A stretch of DNA of 64,000 nt from a virus, in the IMG/VR virus record IMGVR_UViG_3300046660_000385, positions 53,859 through 117,858 of that record, one strand, 5' to 3'. Under the pieces are notes generated by a model. It did no database searches. It had not been told where the DNA came from and saw only the letters and a program-made list of their open reading frames with translations. The translations under genes were made by a program, and so were the position numbers. Of this stretch, positions 1 to 8,913 are shown in pieces (position 1 is the first letter of the stretch; each line of letters opens with the position of its first letter).

Positions 1-2
1 TC

Positions 3-140
3 CCGTGCCACCGCCTGCATTATGGATCAGCATACTGCACCACTGACGCGGCCACCGGCGCGGCCCAGTGCCAGGTCGACATCAGCGCGGCCGCGATCTT
101 CGAGGCGATCAAGACCGTCTACGACGACTGGAAGGAGTGA
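3..140 (+). CDS. 3' end of a gene cut by the window edge; resembles the Cys-rich C-terminus of glycosyltransferase family 9 proteins
   Basis: Frame from nt 3 reads PCHRLHYGSAYCTTDAATGAAQCQVDISAAAIFEAIKTVYDDWKE* (TGA 138-140); the PC..C..C..I pattern recalls GT9 C-termini. Confidence 0.5.
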   Translation, partial: PCHRLHYGSAYCTTDAATGAAQCQVDISAAAIFEAIKTVYDDWKE

Positions 141-144
141 ACCC

Positions 145-801
145 ATGACCCTGCAGGACCTCATCACCCTGTTTCGCAACGAGGCCGACGACGCCACCGA
201 ACCGTACCTGTGGAGCGACGACGAAGTCACCGAGTTCGCCAACGACGCCGAGAACGAGGCCTGCCGGCGTGCGCGCCTGATCGTCGATTCCGGCTCTGCC
301 GTGACCCAGCTGCTGGTCGACCCGATCCAGGGCGGCCTGGTGCGGCTCGACCCGGCCGTGATCTTCGTGCGCCGCGCCAAGATCGACGGCGGCCGTCCGC
401 TGCACCGCATGGCGCTGCGCGACATGGATGCGCACAACCCGTACTGGCAGAACGCGCAGCCCGGCCGGCCGCTGGCCTTCATCCCCGACCTCGATACCGG
501 CGCGCTGCAGCTGCACCCGGCGCCCGCCGAGGAGGGCCTGCTGCGCCTGACCGTGATACGCACGCCGCTGGTCGAGATGAAGGGCATGGAGGACAGCCCG
601 GAGATCGCCCCGCGCTTCCACCGCGCGCTGCGCTACTGGATGCTGTACCGCGCGTACAGCAAGCAGGACGCCCAGGCCAACGACCCGAAAAAGGCCGCCG
701 ATTCGCTGGCCCTGTTCGAGCAGGAGTTCGGCAAGAAGTCCTCGGCGATCGACGAGACCTGGATCGCGCGCGAGCAGCTCGACCACGACGGCACCTATTA
801 A
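145..801 (+). CDS. phage head-tail adaptor-like virion protein (218 aa)
   Basis: SD AAGGAG 132-137, ATG 145; YLWSDDEV...ANDA..EACRRA and FH.AL.YWMLYRAYSKQD motifs of podophage adaptor-type proteins; first gene of tail block. Confidence 0.7.
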   Translation: MTLQDLITLFRNEADDATEPYLWSDDEVTEFANDAENEACRRARLIVDSGSAVTQLLVDPIQGGLVRLDPAVIFVRRAKIDGGRPLHRMALRDMDAHNPYWQNAQPGRPLAFIPDLDTGALQLHPAPAEEGLLRLTVIRTPLVEMKGMEDSPEIAPRFHRALRYWMLYRAYSKQDAQANDPKKAADSLALFEQEFGKKSSAIDETWIAREQLDHDGTY

Positions 802-818
802 CCCACCCGGAGGCAATC

Positions 819-920
819 ATGCAGGCAAGACTGAGACCGAACAAGAAATGCGGCTGCACCCTGGAACAGGCCGTGTTCCTCATCCTGCTGTGGAACGCCT
901 GTGTACGCGCGGCTCGCTAA
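819..920 (+). CDS. small hypothetical peptide (33 aa)
   Basis: SD GGAGG 809-813, ATG 819, MQARLRPNKKCGCTLEQAVFLILLWNACVRAAR*. Confidence 0.4.
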   Translation: MQARLRPNKKCGCTLEQAVFLILLWNACVRAAR

Positions 921-1068
921 GGCCTGGGCCGCGGCCGTCGACCGCACCCTCGACCTGCTCTGGGACGTGACGCTGCCGGTGTCGACCCGCTGCCCGGTGT
1001 GCGCGTTCTGGCGCGGCGTCGCCCTCGGCGGCGTGTCGATGCTCGTGATCGAAGGGATCGCCCGGTGA
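901..1068 (+). CDS. small CxxC membrane protein (55 aa)
   Basis: GTG 901, GC3-rich codons, RCPVCAFWRG followed by hydrophobic helix; TGA overlaps GTG of next gene (GTGA). Confidence 0.55.
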   Translation: MYARLAKAWAAAVDRTLDLLWDVTLPVSTRCPVCAFWRGVALGGVSMLVIEGIAR

Positions 1069-2270
1069 AACCGATCCAGATCAAGGGTTTCCGCGGGATC
1101 AACAACCTGCAGGGACCCGAGTCGATCCAGGCGGTCCCGGGCCGCGACGATCCGCTGGTCGAGCTGGCCGACGCCGTCAACGTCGACATCGACGACCGCG
1201 GCGGCCTGCGCCGGCGCCTCGGCCAGTCGCTCCTGATCCCGGGCGAAGCCCATTCGCTGTACGCGGACGGCGAGCACTGCGTGTATATCCAGGGCGACAT
1301 GATGTATTCGCTCGACCGCTCGATGGTGCCGACCGCCGTGGCGATGGGCCTCGACCCACTGCCGATGGCGTACGTCACGGTCGGCAACCGGGTCTACCAC
1401 ACCAACGGCAGCGACTCGGCCGTGTTCGAGGACGGCTACGTGCGCAGCTGGGGCATCCCGCTCGCCGCGACCGCCGTCGCCGCGTCCGCCACCCTCGGGC
1501 ACCTGCCGGCCGGCGCCTACCTGTTCGCCATGACCCTGCTGCGCGAGGATGGCCAGGAGTCCGGCACCGGCATGGCCGGCCGCATCGACCTGCCCGACAA
1601 CAGCGGCCTGGTGTTTTCGTGGGACGTCCCGCGCGACCCCGGGATCATGCGCGCCGTGCTGTACCTGTCGCAGGCCGACGCCGAGACCCTGTTCCTGGCG
1701 GCCGAGGCTGATGCCGGCGCCGGCCAGTATACGTATACAGGCGGGCCGCGCTCGATCCCGCTGGCCACCCAGTGGCTGGACCAGCCACCCGCCGGCCGCG
1801 CGCTGGCGTTCTACAAGGGCCGGATCTACATCGCCCGCGGCGAATTCCTCTACGCCACCACGGCCCTGTCCTATGAGCACTGCGACCTGCGCGACTACCG
1901 CGCGATCGACGGCAGCGCGATCCTGCTGCTGGCCGCCGTGGAGTCCGGCCTGTTCGTCTCGACCTCCCACGCCGTGTACTTCCTGTCCGGCAGCAGCTTC
2001 GGCGAGGGCGCGCTGGTCAAGAAGCTCGACGTGCCGGCCGTGGCCGGCTCGATGGTCCACGGCGACGCCGGCGAGATCCTCGGCAACCCGCAGCTGGCCG
2101 GCCAGGTGGCCGCCATGTTCGCCACCAGCCTCGGGATCGTGCTCGGCCTGCCCGACGGCACCATCCTGAACCTGACCGGCGAGCGCTACCAGCTGCCGCC
2201 CGTGCGCAGCGGCGCCGCCCTGCTGCGCCCCGGCCCCGACCACCACTACCTGCTCGCGCTCGACGCCTAG
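1065..2270 (+). CDS. putative tail nozzle / tail tubular protein B-like virion protein
   Basis: GTG 1065; FRGINN and AVNVDIDDRGGLRRRLG N-terminal motifs, beta-rich body, follows adaptor. Confidence 0.6.
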   Translation: MKPIQIKGFRGINNLQGPESIQAVPGRDDPLVELADAVNVDIDDRGGLRRRLGQSLLIPGEAHSLYADGEHCVYIQGDMMYSLDRSMVPTAVAMGLDPLPMAYVTVGNRVYHTNGSDSAVFEDGYVRSWGIPLAATAVAASATLGHLPAGAYLFAMTLLREDGQESGTGMAGRIDLPDNSGLVFSWDVPRDPGIMRAVLYLSQADAETLFLAAEADAGAGQYTYTGGPRSIPLATQWLDQPPAGRALAFYKGRIYIARGEFLYATTALSYEHCDLRDYRAIDGSAILLLAAVESGLFVSTSHAVYFLSGSSFGEGALVKKLDVPAVAGSMVHGDAGEILGNPQLAGQVAAMFATSLGIVLGLPDGTILNLTGERYQLPPVRSGAALLRPGPDHHYLLALDA

Positions 2271-2348
2271 CACAGCGTTCAACGCTGTCAAGTCCTGAAT
2301 TCGGTACTGAACTGGCTTCGTACCGAATTCAGTTCGCTTTCCCCAAGC

Positions 2349-2377
2349 AGCCCCGCATCCAGCGGGGCTTTTTTTTT
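2349..2377 (+). terminator. Rho-independent terminator inside the late operon
   Basis: AGCCCCGC-ATCCA-GCGGGGCT hairpin followed by T run. Confidence 0.8.
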
Positions 2378-2412
2378 GCCCCGCTGACGGGGTTGACCCA
2401 AGGAGATTCACC

Positions 2413-3183
2413 ATGACGCTGCGCCTCTCGACCGCCGCCCGCGACTACATCAATAGCGCCGGTTCCCTGAAAGCCGCCTTCCAGGACGGCCAGATCCAGA
2501 TCTATTCCGGCTCGCAGCCGCCCAGCGCGGACGCCGCGCCCACCGGCACCCTGCTGTGCACCGTCACCGCCAGCTCGGCCGCCCGCACCGCCGAGGTGCT
2601 GGCCACCGGCACCGTAACCCTGTCCGGCAGCGCCGGCTCGGTCAACAGCGTCACCGTCGACGGCGTCTCGGTCATGGACGTGGCCGTGCCGTTCACCACC
2701 GACCTGACCACCACCGCCGCGCTGGTGGCCGCCGCGATCAATGCCGCGCGCTCGGTGCCGGACTACACGGCGACGTCGGCCGGCGCGGTTGTCACGATTT
2801 CCGCCCCGCGTGGCATGGGCCTGGCCGCCAACGGCCTGGTCGTGGCCGCCGACGCCACCACCATGACCGCCACCGTGGCACCGATGTCCGGCGGCGTCAC
2901 CGCCGCCAACGGCCTGAAATTCAGCGCGTCCAGCGGCGGCGTAGTCTCGAAACTGGACAGCCAGGCCTGGTCCGGCGTGGCGGTGGCAAGCGGCACTGCC
3001 GGCTGGTTCCGCTTCACCGGCTCGGTGGCCGACTCGGGCGCGGTCGACTCCACCGCCAGCCAGGTCCGCATGGACGGCGCGATCTCGACCTCGGGCGCGC
3101 AGCTGAACATGTCGAGCACCCTGCTCACCTCGGGCGCCACGCAGACCATCGCCAGCTTCCCGATCACCCTGCCGAGCGCATAA
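2413..3183 (+). CDS. phage virion structural / tail protein
   Basis: SD AAGGAG; LRLST...IQIYSGSQP.SADAA.TGTLL and GTAGWFR...RMDG motifs seen in phage tail-region proteins; Ala/Ser/Thr rich. Confidence 0.7.
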   Translation: MTLRLSTAARDYINSAGSLKAAFQDGQIQIYSGSQPPSADAAPTGTLLCTVTASSAARTAEVLATGTVTLSGSAGSVNSVTVDGVSVMDVAVPFTTDLTTTAALVAAAINAARSVPDYTATSAGAVVTISAPRGMGLAANGLVVAADATTMTATVAPMSGGVTAANGLKFSASSGGVVSKLDSQAWSGVAVASGTAGWFRFTGSVADSGAVDSTASQVRMDGAISTSGAQLNMSSTLLTSGATQTIASFPITLPSA

Positions 3184-3195
3184 GGGGAGGCGCGC

Positions 3196-4470
3196 ATGGC
3201 GACCGACGGCAACATCAACCTGGGCGACCTGAGCGGGAAGGTCACGCCGTTCCTGCTGGCAGGGTCGCTTGAGTCGGCGCTGCCGTTGCCGCCGTTCGCG
3301 CTCGACGCCACCGGCGAGACCGGCCAGGCGTTCGAGGGGTTCGCGCCGGCCCTGCAGCTGGCGGCGTTCAGCGGCGACGGCGGCATGGCCGACGGCATGG
3401 TGCTGCGCGCGCCGCGCCTGCAGGCGCTGGCGGTCGCCGGTGCCAGCATCAACGCGATCCTCGCCCTGCCGGCCTTTGGCGCGGCCGGCTCGCTCGACGG
3501 GCCACTGGCCCTGCCGCCCCTGGCCCTCTCGGCCAGCGGCGCCGCCGGCGCCACCGCCCAGGGCGCGCTGGCGCTGTCCGCGTTCCAGCTGGCGGCGCAG
3601 GCGATCGACCACGCCGCCCTCGCGCTGCCGCCGTTCGATCTGGCCGGCGCGATGCTGGCGGGACAGCTGGCGCGCGGGCAAAGCCAGCTGGCCGGCTGGA
3701 TTCTGGACGCCGAGGCCTGGCGTGACACCCTTGCCAGCGGCCAGGCCCAGCTGCCGCTGCTGCAGTTGCAGGCGGTCGGGCGCGCCGACAGCGCGATCGA
3801 CGCCGTCATCACCCTGAGCGCCCCGGAACTGGCCGCCGCCGCCGTCAGCGGCAGCGTGGCCACCGCTTCCCTGACCGTGCCGCTGTATGCCAGCGCGGCG
3901 GACGGCGAGGGCGGCCCCGGCGCCATCGCCGAGATCATCGGCAGCGCGACCGTGCTGCTGCCGGCGTTCGGCGCCAGCGCCGTCACCGTGCACCTGGCCC
4001 GCCCGGCCGCCGCCGCCGTGCTGCTCAACACGCGCATCAAGGGCGTCACCCGCTACGAGGGCCTGGCCGCCAACAGTTTCGCCACCTTCGCCGGGGTCCA
4101 GCTGGCCGCCACCCCCGACGGGATCGTCGCGCTGATGGGCGAGACCGATCTCGGATTCCCGATAACGGCCAGCATCACGGCCGGCACCAGCGACTTCGGC
4201 GCTGCCGAGAGGAAGCGGATCGAGGCCGGCTACGTCGGCTACCGGGCCGGCGGCGACATGGAACTGACGCTTATCACCGACGAACACCACGAATACACCT
4301 ACCGGCTCGCCGCGCGCCAGATGGCCGATGCGATTCACGGCAATCGCGTGAAATTCGGCCGTGGCGTGGACGGCCGCTACTGGCAGTGGAAGCTGGCCAA
4401 CACGGGCGGCGGCGCGTTCGAGCTGGCCAGCGTGCAGCTGGACGTGGTTCCCCTGTCGCGCAGCGTATGA
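3196..4470 (+). CDS. virion structural protein with repetitive N-terminal half
   Basis: SD GGAGG; recurring L.LP.F.L.A.G units; C-terminal globular part with SDFG..RKR and GRG..GRYWQ motifs. Confidence 0.65.
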   Translation: MATDGNINLGDLSGKVTPFLLAGSLESALPLPPFALDATGETGQAFEGFAPALQLAAFSGDGGMADGMVLRAPRLQALAVAGASINAILALPAFGAAGSLDGPLALPPLALSASGAAGATAQGALALSAFQLAAQAIDHAALALPPFDLAGAMLAGQLARGQSQLAGWILDAEAWRDTLASGQAQLPLLQLQAVGRADSAIDAVITLSAPELAAAAVSGSVATASLTVPLYASAADGEGGPGAIAEIIGSATVLLPAFGASAVTVHLARPAAAAVLLNTRIKGVTRYEGLAANSFATFAGVQLAATPDGIVALMGETDLGFPITASITAGTSDFGAAERKRIEAGYVGYRAGGDMELTLITDEHHEYTYRLAARQMADAIHGNRVKFGRGVDGRYWQWKLANTGGGAFELASVQLDVVPLSRSV

Positions 4471-6530
4471 GCGGCAACGACGGCAAGATCGACGATGTCC
4501 GGCCGTATGGCGGCCTGGTGCAGGTGCAGACGGCCGGCGACCCCGAGCTGGCCATGTCGTACCGCCTGGACGGCCTGCGCCTGCTGGGCAAGCTGCTGAA
4601 CACGACCGCGCTGACCTCGCGCCAGGACGACGGTCCGGGCGGCTTCCACCAGCTGGTGCGCATGCAGCCGGACGGCACCCGCCTGAGCGCGATCACCAAC
4701 AACGGCCATCACATCGTGCGCATCGAAACCCCCGAGGCGCTGCGCGAAAGCGAGGCCGGCACCCACAGCGCCCACGTCTCGACGCCGCCCCAGTCCGAGC
4801 ACCAGCGCCACAACGTCGAGGGCGGCTTCAAGGACCCGCCGCTGCCGTGGCCGCCGATGCCGCAGCACAAGCACGAGGACGAGGAAGAAGAAGAAAAGAA
4901 GGACGGCTACGAGTACATGTGGGTCGGCGCCCGCTACACGAGCCAGAACGTGCCGTTCGACGTGCTGGCCGCCATGATGATCGAGCCGGACAGCGCCCCC
5001 TTGTTCCGCGACAGCGAGCTGCCCAAGCGCGGCATCGTCGACAACATCAACTGGTGGGGGATCAATGCGCTGGCCGTCAAGCAGGGCGACGACGGCGAAT
5101 GGAGCCTGGACACCGAGCCTTATGGCGTGTTCCCGGACGTCGACAGCGCGATCCAGGACCTGTACGACAGCTGGTACGGCAACTTCGGCGGCCCCGGCGG
5201 CGAGTTCGACCGCGCCGAGAACCACATCGTGCTCGGCACCCACGCGATCGAGGTCGAGGTCAACAACGACGACGACGGCAGGTTCCTCATTTCGGCCAAC
5301 GGCCTGCGCTGCGAGTCGATCTACCAGTGGCAGCCCGGGATGAACGACCAGTGGGTCGGCTACGACCCCTACGCCACCGACCAGACCGGCGCCGCGGTGC
5401 GCAACGTCGGCGACCGCCAGCTGGGCGATTATTTCAGGGACGCCCCGAACGTGCTGTGGGACGTGGTGTTCACGCTCGACCCCTACGAGGACCTGCAGGA
5501 CACGCCCTGCGACGACCGCCCGGCCATGCTGGGCGCGCGCCGCGCGCTGGAACGCGAGGCCGGCATGGTCACGCAGATCCTGCCGGGCGACTACATCCTG
5601 GCCCTGCATGCGATGGACACCATGCCGCAGCTGCGCTCAAACCGCGCCGGCCAGCAGATCCCGCTGTACCAGAGCGACCAGAGCGGCCTGGCGTACCGCA
5701 GCACGTTCTCCGACTACGACGAGTACATGAAGCCGGTCGACACCACGACCAACCTGGGCGTCGAGATCGAGGTCCGGCTGGGCAAGGGCAACCGCGAGAC
5801 CGTCTACAACTTCTCGACCACGATCCCCGAGTCGAGCTACGACAACTGGGTCAACTATCCGTACGGCATGGACTGGTGGGAGCCGTGCGACCCGGACGGC
5901 GGCCCGAACCCGGCCGGCCTGAACTTCGCGCCGCAGTATCTCGCCATCAACCCGCTGGCCGGCACCGCGGAGTGGGTCAACCACGACAAGGTCGACCTGT
6001 ACCCGATCCTCGGCGGCGGCCACTACAGCCACCCCGGCGACACCCGCGTGCCCCTGTTCATCTACATCCACGTCGTGCCGTGGTCCCAGCCGTCCGACGA
6101 GCACTGGGCCGAGAACGCCGGCCGCGCGCTGTTCAAGGTGCTGGAAGCGGCCACCGCCGGCGTGTACGGCGCCTCGATGATGAGCGACCCCGGCGGCGAA
6201 GGCGGCTGCGTCGCCATCTTCGAGGGCACCAGCAAGTCGATGCTGTGGAAGTACAACGCGATGTCCCAGGCGCTGGAAGCGGTGCCGGTGGTGAGCGAAG
6301 TCGACGACTATCCGTACGGCTGGCAGGAGGACCCGAACAGCCCCAACGGCGGCTTCCAGAGTCCCTACGAAATGACGATGTACTGGTACTACCCGTACAA
6401 GTACATCGAGCGCAACAACTGCAACAACAGCATCGGCATCGCCATCACGGCCGTCTACGACTCGTTCAGCTTCGACCACGGCCAGCACCGCTATTTCGCC
6501 GACCCGCCCGACACCGGCGACTGCTGCTGA
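4467..6530 (+). CDS. acidic, aromatic-rich virion protein, possible receptor-binding/tail component (687 aa)
   Basis: ATGA overlap with upstream stop; GC3-rich codons; position in tail block. Confidence 0.6.
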   Translation: MSGNDGKIDDVRPYGGLVQVQTAGDPELAMSYRLDGLRLLGKLLNTTALTSRQDDGPGGFHQLVRMQPDGTRLSAITNNGHHIVRIETPEALRESEAGTHSAHVSTPPQSEHQRHNVEGGFKDPPLPWPPMPQHKHEDEEEEEKKDGYEYMWVGARYTSQNVPFDVLAAMMIEPDSAPLFRDSELPKRGIVDNINWWGINALAVKQGDDGEWSLDTEPYGVFPDVDSAIQDLYDSWYGNFGGPGGEFDRAENHIVLGTHAIEVEVNNDDDGRFLISANGLRCESIYQWQPGMNDQWVGYDPYATDQTGAAVRNVGDRQLGDYFRDAPNVLWDVVFTLDPYEDLQDTPCDDRPAMLGARRALEREAGMVTQILPGDYILALHAMDTMPQLRSNRAGQQIPLYQSDQSGLAYRSTFSDYDEYMKPVDTTTNLGVEIEVRLGKGNRETVYNFSTTIPESSYDNWVNYPYGMDWWEPCDPDGGPNPAGLNFAPQYLAINPLAGTAEWVNHDKVDLYPILGGGHYSHPGDTRVPLFIYIHVVPWSQPSDEHWAENAGRALFKVLEAATAGVYGASMMSDPGGEGGCVAIFEGTSKSMLWKYNAMSQALEAVPVVSEVDDYPYGWQEDPNSPNGGFQSPYEMTMYWYYPYKYIERNNCNNSIGIAITAVYDSFSFDHGQHRYFADPPDTGDCC

Positions 6531-6551
6531 TCCCCTTTCCCGGAGCGCCCC

Positions 6552-8903
6552 ATGAGCCTGAAAGACTTCGACCCGAGCGACCTCGACCCGGACAACCCGC
6601 CCGATCCGCCACTGCCGATCCCGCTGCCGGCGCCGATGCCGCTGGCGCCGCTGCCCACCCTGCCGCCGCCGCCGCTGCTGTCGAGCATGCCGATGTTCCC
6701 GCCACCGGCGGAAACCGGCTCGTTGGGTGGCGGCGGCCCGGCCGTGGTCGACCCGGTCGGCGTCGATCCGCACGACCCGGCGACATGGAACATCCTGGAC
6801 GACGGCAACGACGTCGCCCGCATCGTCCAGAGCTTCCTCACCGCCTCCGACGACGCCCAGAGCGCCGCGTTCGAGGCGCTGTCGAACCTGTACTCGGTGA
6901 TGACGGGCTTTACCCCGCTGAACCAGCCGAGCCTGGCGTCCGGCCAGCTGGCCCAGCCGACACTGGCGCCGCCCCCGCCTGACCCCGGCCCCGGCGACAA
7001 CCAGTTCCCGTCGCTGCCGCCGATGCCGCCGATCGGCCGGGTCGACACCTTCGAGCCGCCGCCGCCGCCGCTGTTCGACGTCGCCGCCCCCGCCATTGCC
7101 GACCTCGAACTGCCCGACCCGATCGACGTCACGATGCCGGACGAGCCGGTGCTGCTGGACGTGGTCGCGCCGCCGCCGCCCGACTTCGTGCTGCCGCCAA
7201 GCCCGACCCTGATCGAACTGGCGATCCCCGAGCCGCCGGCGATCGAGCTGCCGCTGTTCGACGCCAGCCTCGGCGCCCGCCCCGAGCTGCCCGCGACCGC
7301 GCTGGTCTACCACGAGGTCGAATACAACTCGGCGCTGCTGAACGCCGCCAACGCGCGCCTGGGCCAGCTGCTGCTGGACGAGCGTGCCACCGGCATCCTG
7401 CCGGAACACGAGCAGGCACTGTGGGAGCGGGCCGCCGCGCGCGAAGCGCAGCTGACCCGCCGCGCCGTGGGCGAGGCCCAGCGCATGCTGCGCGCCCGCG
7501 GCTTCGCCATGCCGGACGACACGCTCGCGCGCGTGGTGCAGCAGGCCCTGCACGCCGGCATGGCGCGCTCGAACGCGCTGGCGCGCGCGGTCGCGGTCGA
7601 ACGCGCCAACCTGGCCCAGCAGAACCTGCGCTTTGCGATCGAGGGCACGATCTCGGCCGAGGCGCGCATGCTCGACAAGCACAACGCCGTGCAGCAGCGC
7701 GCCCTCGAAGCGGCCAAGGCCGTCATCGCCACCGAGATCCAGCTGTTCAACGCCCAGGTCAACCTGATGCGCGCCGACGTCGCCGCCTTTTCGATGAAGG
7801 CCGAGGTGTTCAAGGCCAGGCTGCAGCAGGCGCTGGCTTCTGTTGCCGTCTACCGCGCCCAGATCGAGGCCGCGATCGTGCGCGGCGAGGTCAACGGCCA
7901 GATGCTGGCGATCTACCAGGCGCAGATCAACGGCGTGCGCGTGGTCGCCGACACCTATAAAACCCAGGTCGAGGCGGCCCAGCAGATGGCCGACGCCAAC
8001 AAGGCGCGCGCCGACCAGTACAAGGCCCGGATCGAGGCCTACCAGGCGCAGGTGTCGGCCATGCAGAGCGACTACGAGCGCTACGCCGCCGCCGTGCGCG
8101 GCCAGACCGAGCGCGCATCCCTGTTCGAGAAGCAGGTCGGCGCGTTCCGCGCCCGCGTCGGCGGCTTCGAGGCGCTGGTCAAGGCCAAGACCGGCCTGAT
8201 CGACCTGGCCGTCAAGGCCGAGGTCGAATTCCCGCTCGAAGAATACCGTGCCCGCACCGACGCCTACCGCGCCAGTTCCGAGGTGGCGGTCGAGCAGGTG
8301 AGGGCGCTGGCCAGCCAGTACGGCGCGCGCGTGCGCGCGTTCGCTACCGCCGAGGGCGTGGCGATGGAGAACGCCGAGGTCGGCGTGAAGGTGGCCCAGG
8401 TCGTGGCCGAGGCCGCGATCAGCGCAGCCAGCCTCGGCGTCGAGACCGCCCGCGAGAACCTGGCCGCGACCCAGATCCGCACCCAGATGACGGAGCAGGC
8501 CGCACGCTCGGCCGCGCAGATCGCCGGCCAGATCGGCGCCGCCGCCGCCTCGATGACGACCACCCACACCATGACCAGCAATGCCAGCTCGTCCTCGACC
8601 AGCAACAGCGACACCACGTCGAGCAGCTTTGTCAACAGCACGACCGCGGTCAACTCGACCAGCAACAACGTGAGCATGAACCACAGCGACAGCACCATTT
8701 CCGGCAACACCACGAACAAGACCGTCAGCAACGTGACCGGGCGCCACAACAACCGCGGCACCAGCAACACCTACAGCAATGCGACCAGCGTCAACTACAG
8801 CGACTCGCATTCGGTCGCAATGAGCAACACGAACAGCATGACCAACAACTTCACGTTCGCTTCGTCGTTCGAGCGCGTCGACCGTACCGTGCACAAGGAT
8901 TGA
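6552..8903 (+). CDS. virion protein: Pro-rich N-terminus, coiled coil, Ser/Thr/Asn tail (paralog 1)
   Basis: 783 aa; shares ARGFxxP and KAEVFKARL with the next gene. Confidence 0.75.
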   Translation: MSLKDFDPSDLDPDNPPDPPLPIPLPAPMPLAPLPTLPPPPLLSSMPMFPPPAETGSLGGGGPAVVDPVGVDPHDPATWNILDDGNDVARIVQSFLTASDDAQSAAFEALSNLYSVMTGFTPLNQPSLASGQLAQPTLAPPPPDPGPGDNQFPSLPPMPPIGRVDTFEPPPPPLFDVAAPAIADLELPDPIDVTMPDEPVLLDVVAPPPPDFVLPPSPTLIELAIPEPPAIELPLFDASLGARPELPATALVYHEVEYNSALLNAANARLGQLLLDERATGILPEHEQALWERAAAREAQLTRRAVGEAQRMLRARGFAMPDDTLARVVQQALHAGMARSNALARAVAVERANLAQQNLRFAIEGTISAEARMLDKHNAVQQRALEAAKAVIATEIQLFNAQVNLMRADVAAFSMKAEVFKARLQQALASVAVYRAQIEAAIVRGEVNGQMLAIYQAQINGVRVVADTYKTQVEAAQQMADANKARADQYKARIEAYQAQVSAMQSDYERYAAAVRGQTERASLFEKQVGAFRARVGGFEALVKAKTGLIDLAVKAEVEFPLEEYRARTDAYRASSEVAVEQVRALASQYGARVRAFATAEGVAMENAEVGVKVAQVVAEAAISAASLGVETARENLAATQIRTQMTEQAARSAAQIAGQIGAAAASMTTTHTMTSNASSSSTSNSDTTSSSFVNSTTAVNSTSNNVSMNHSDSTISGNTTNKTVSNVTGRHNNRGTSNTYSNATSVNYSDSHSVAMSNTNSMTNNFTFASSFERVDRTVHKD

Positions 8904-8913
8904 GGAGGACCCG

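Noticed and set aside
15-30. CTG-N10-CAG as a LexA box
   Set aside because: Lacks CTGT/ACAG and lies inside a coding region; no convincing SOS box noticed elsewhere
22-144. N-terminal extensions given by the ORF track (22, 999, 4386, 36825, 60405 and many minus-strand starts)
   Set aside because: Extensions overlap upstream genes; internal starts have SD sequences or stop/start coupling
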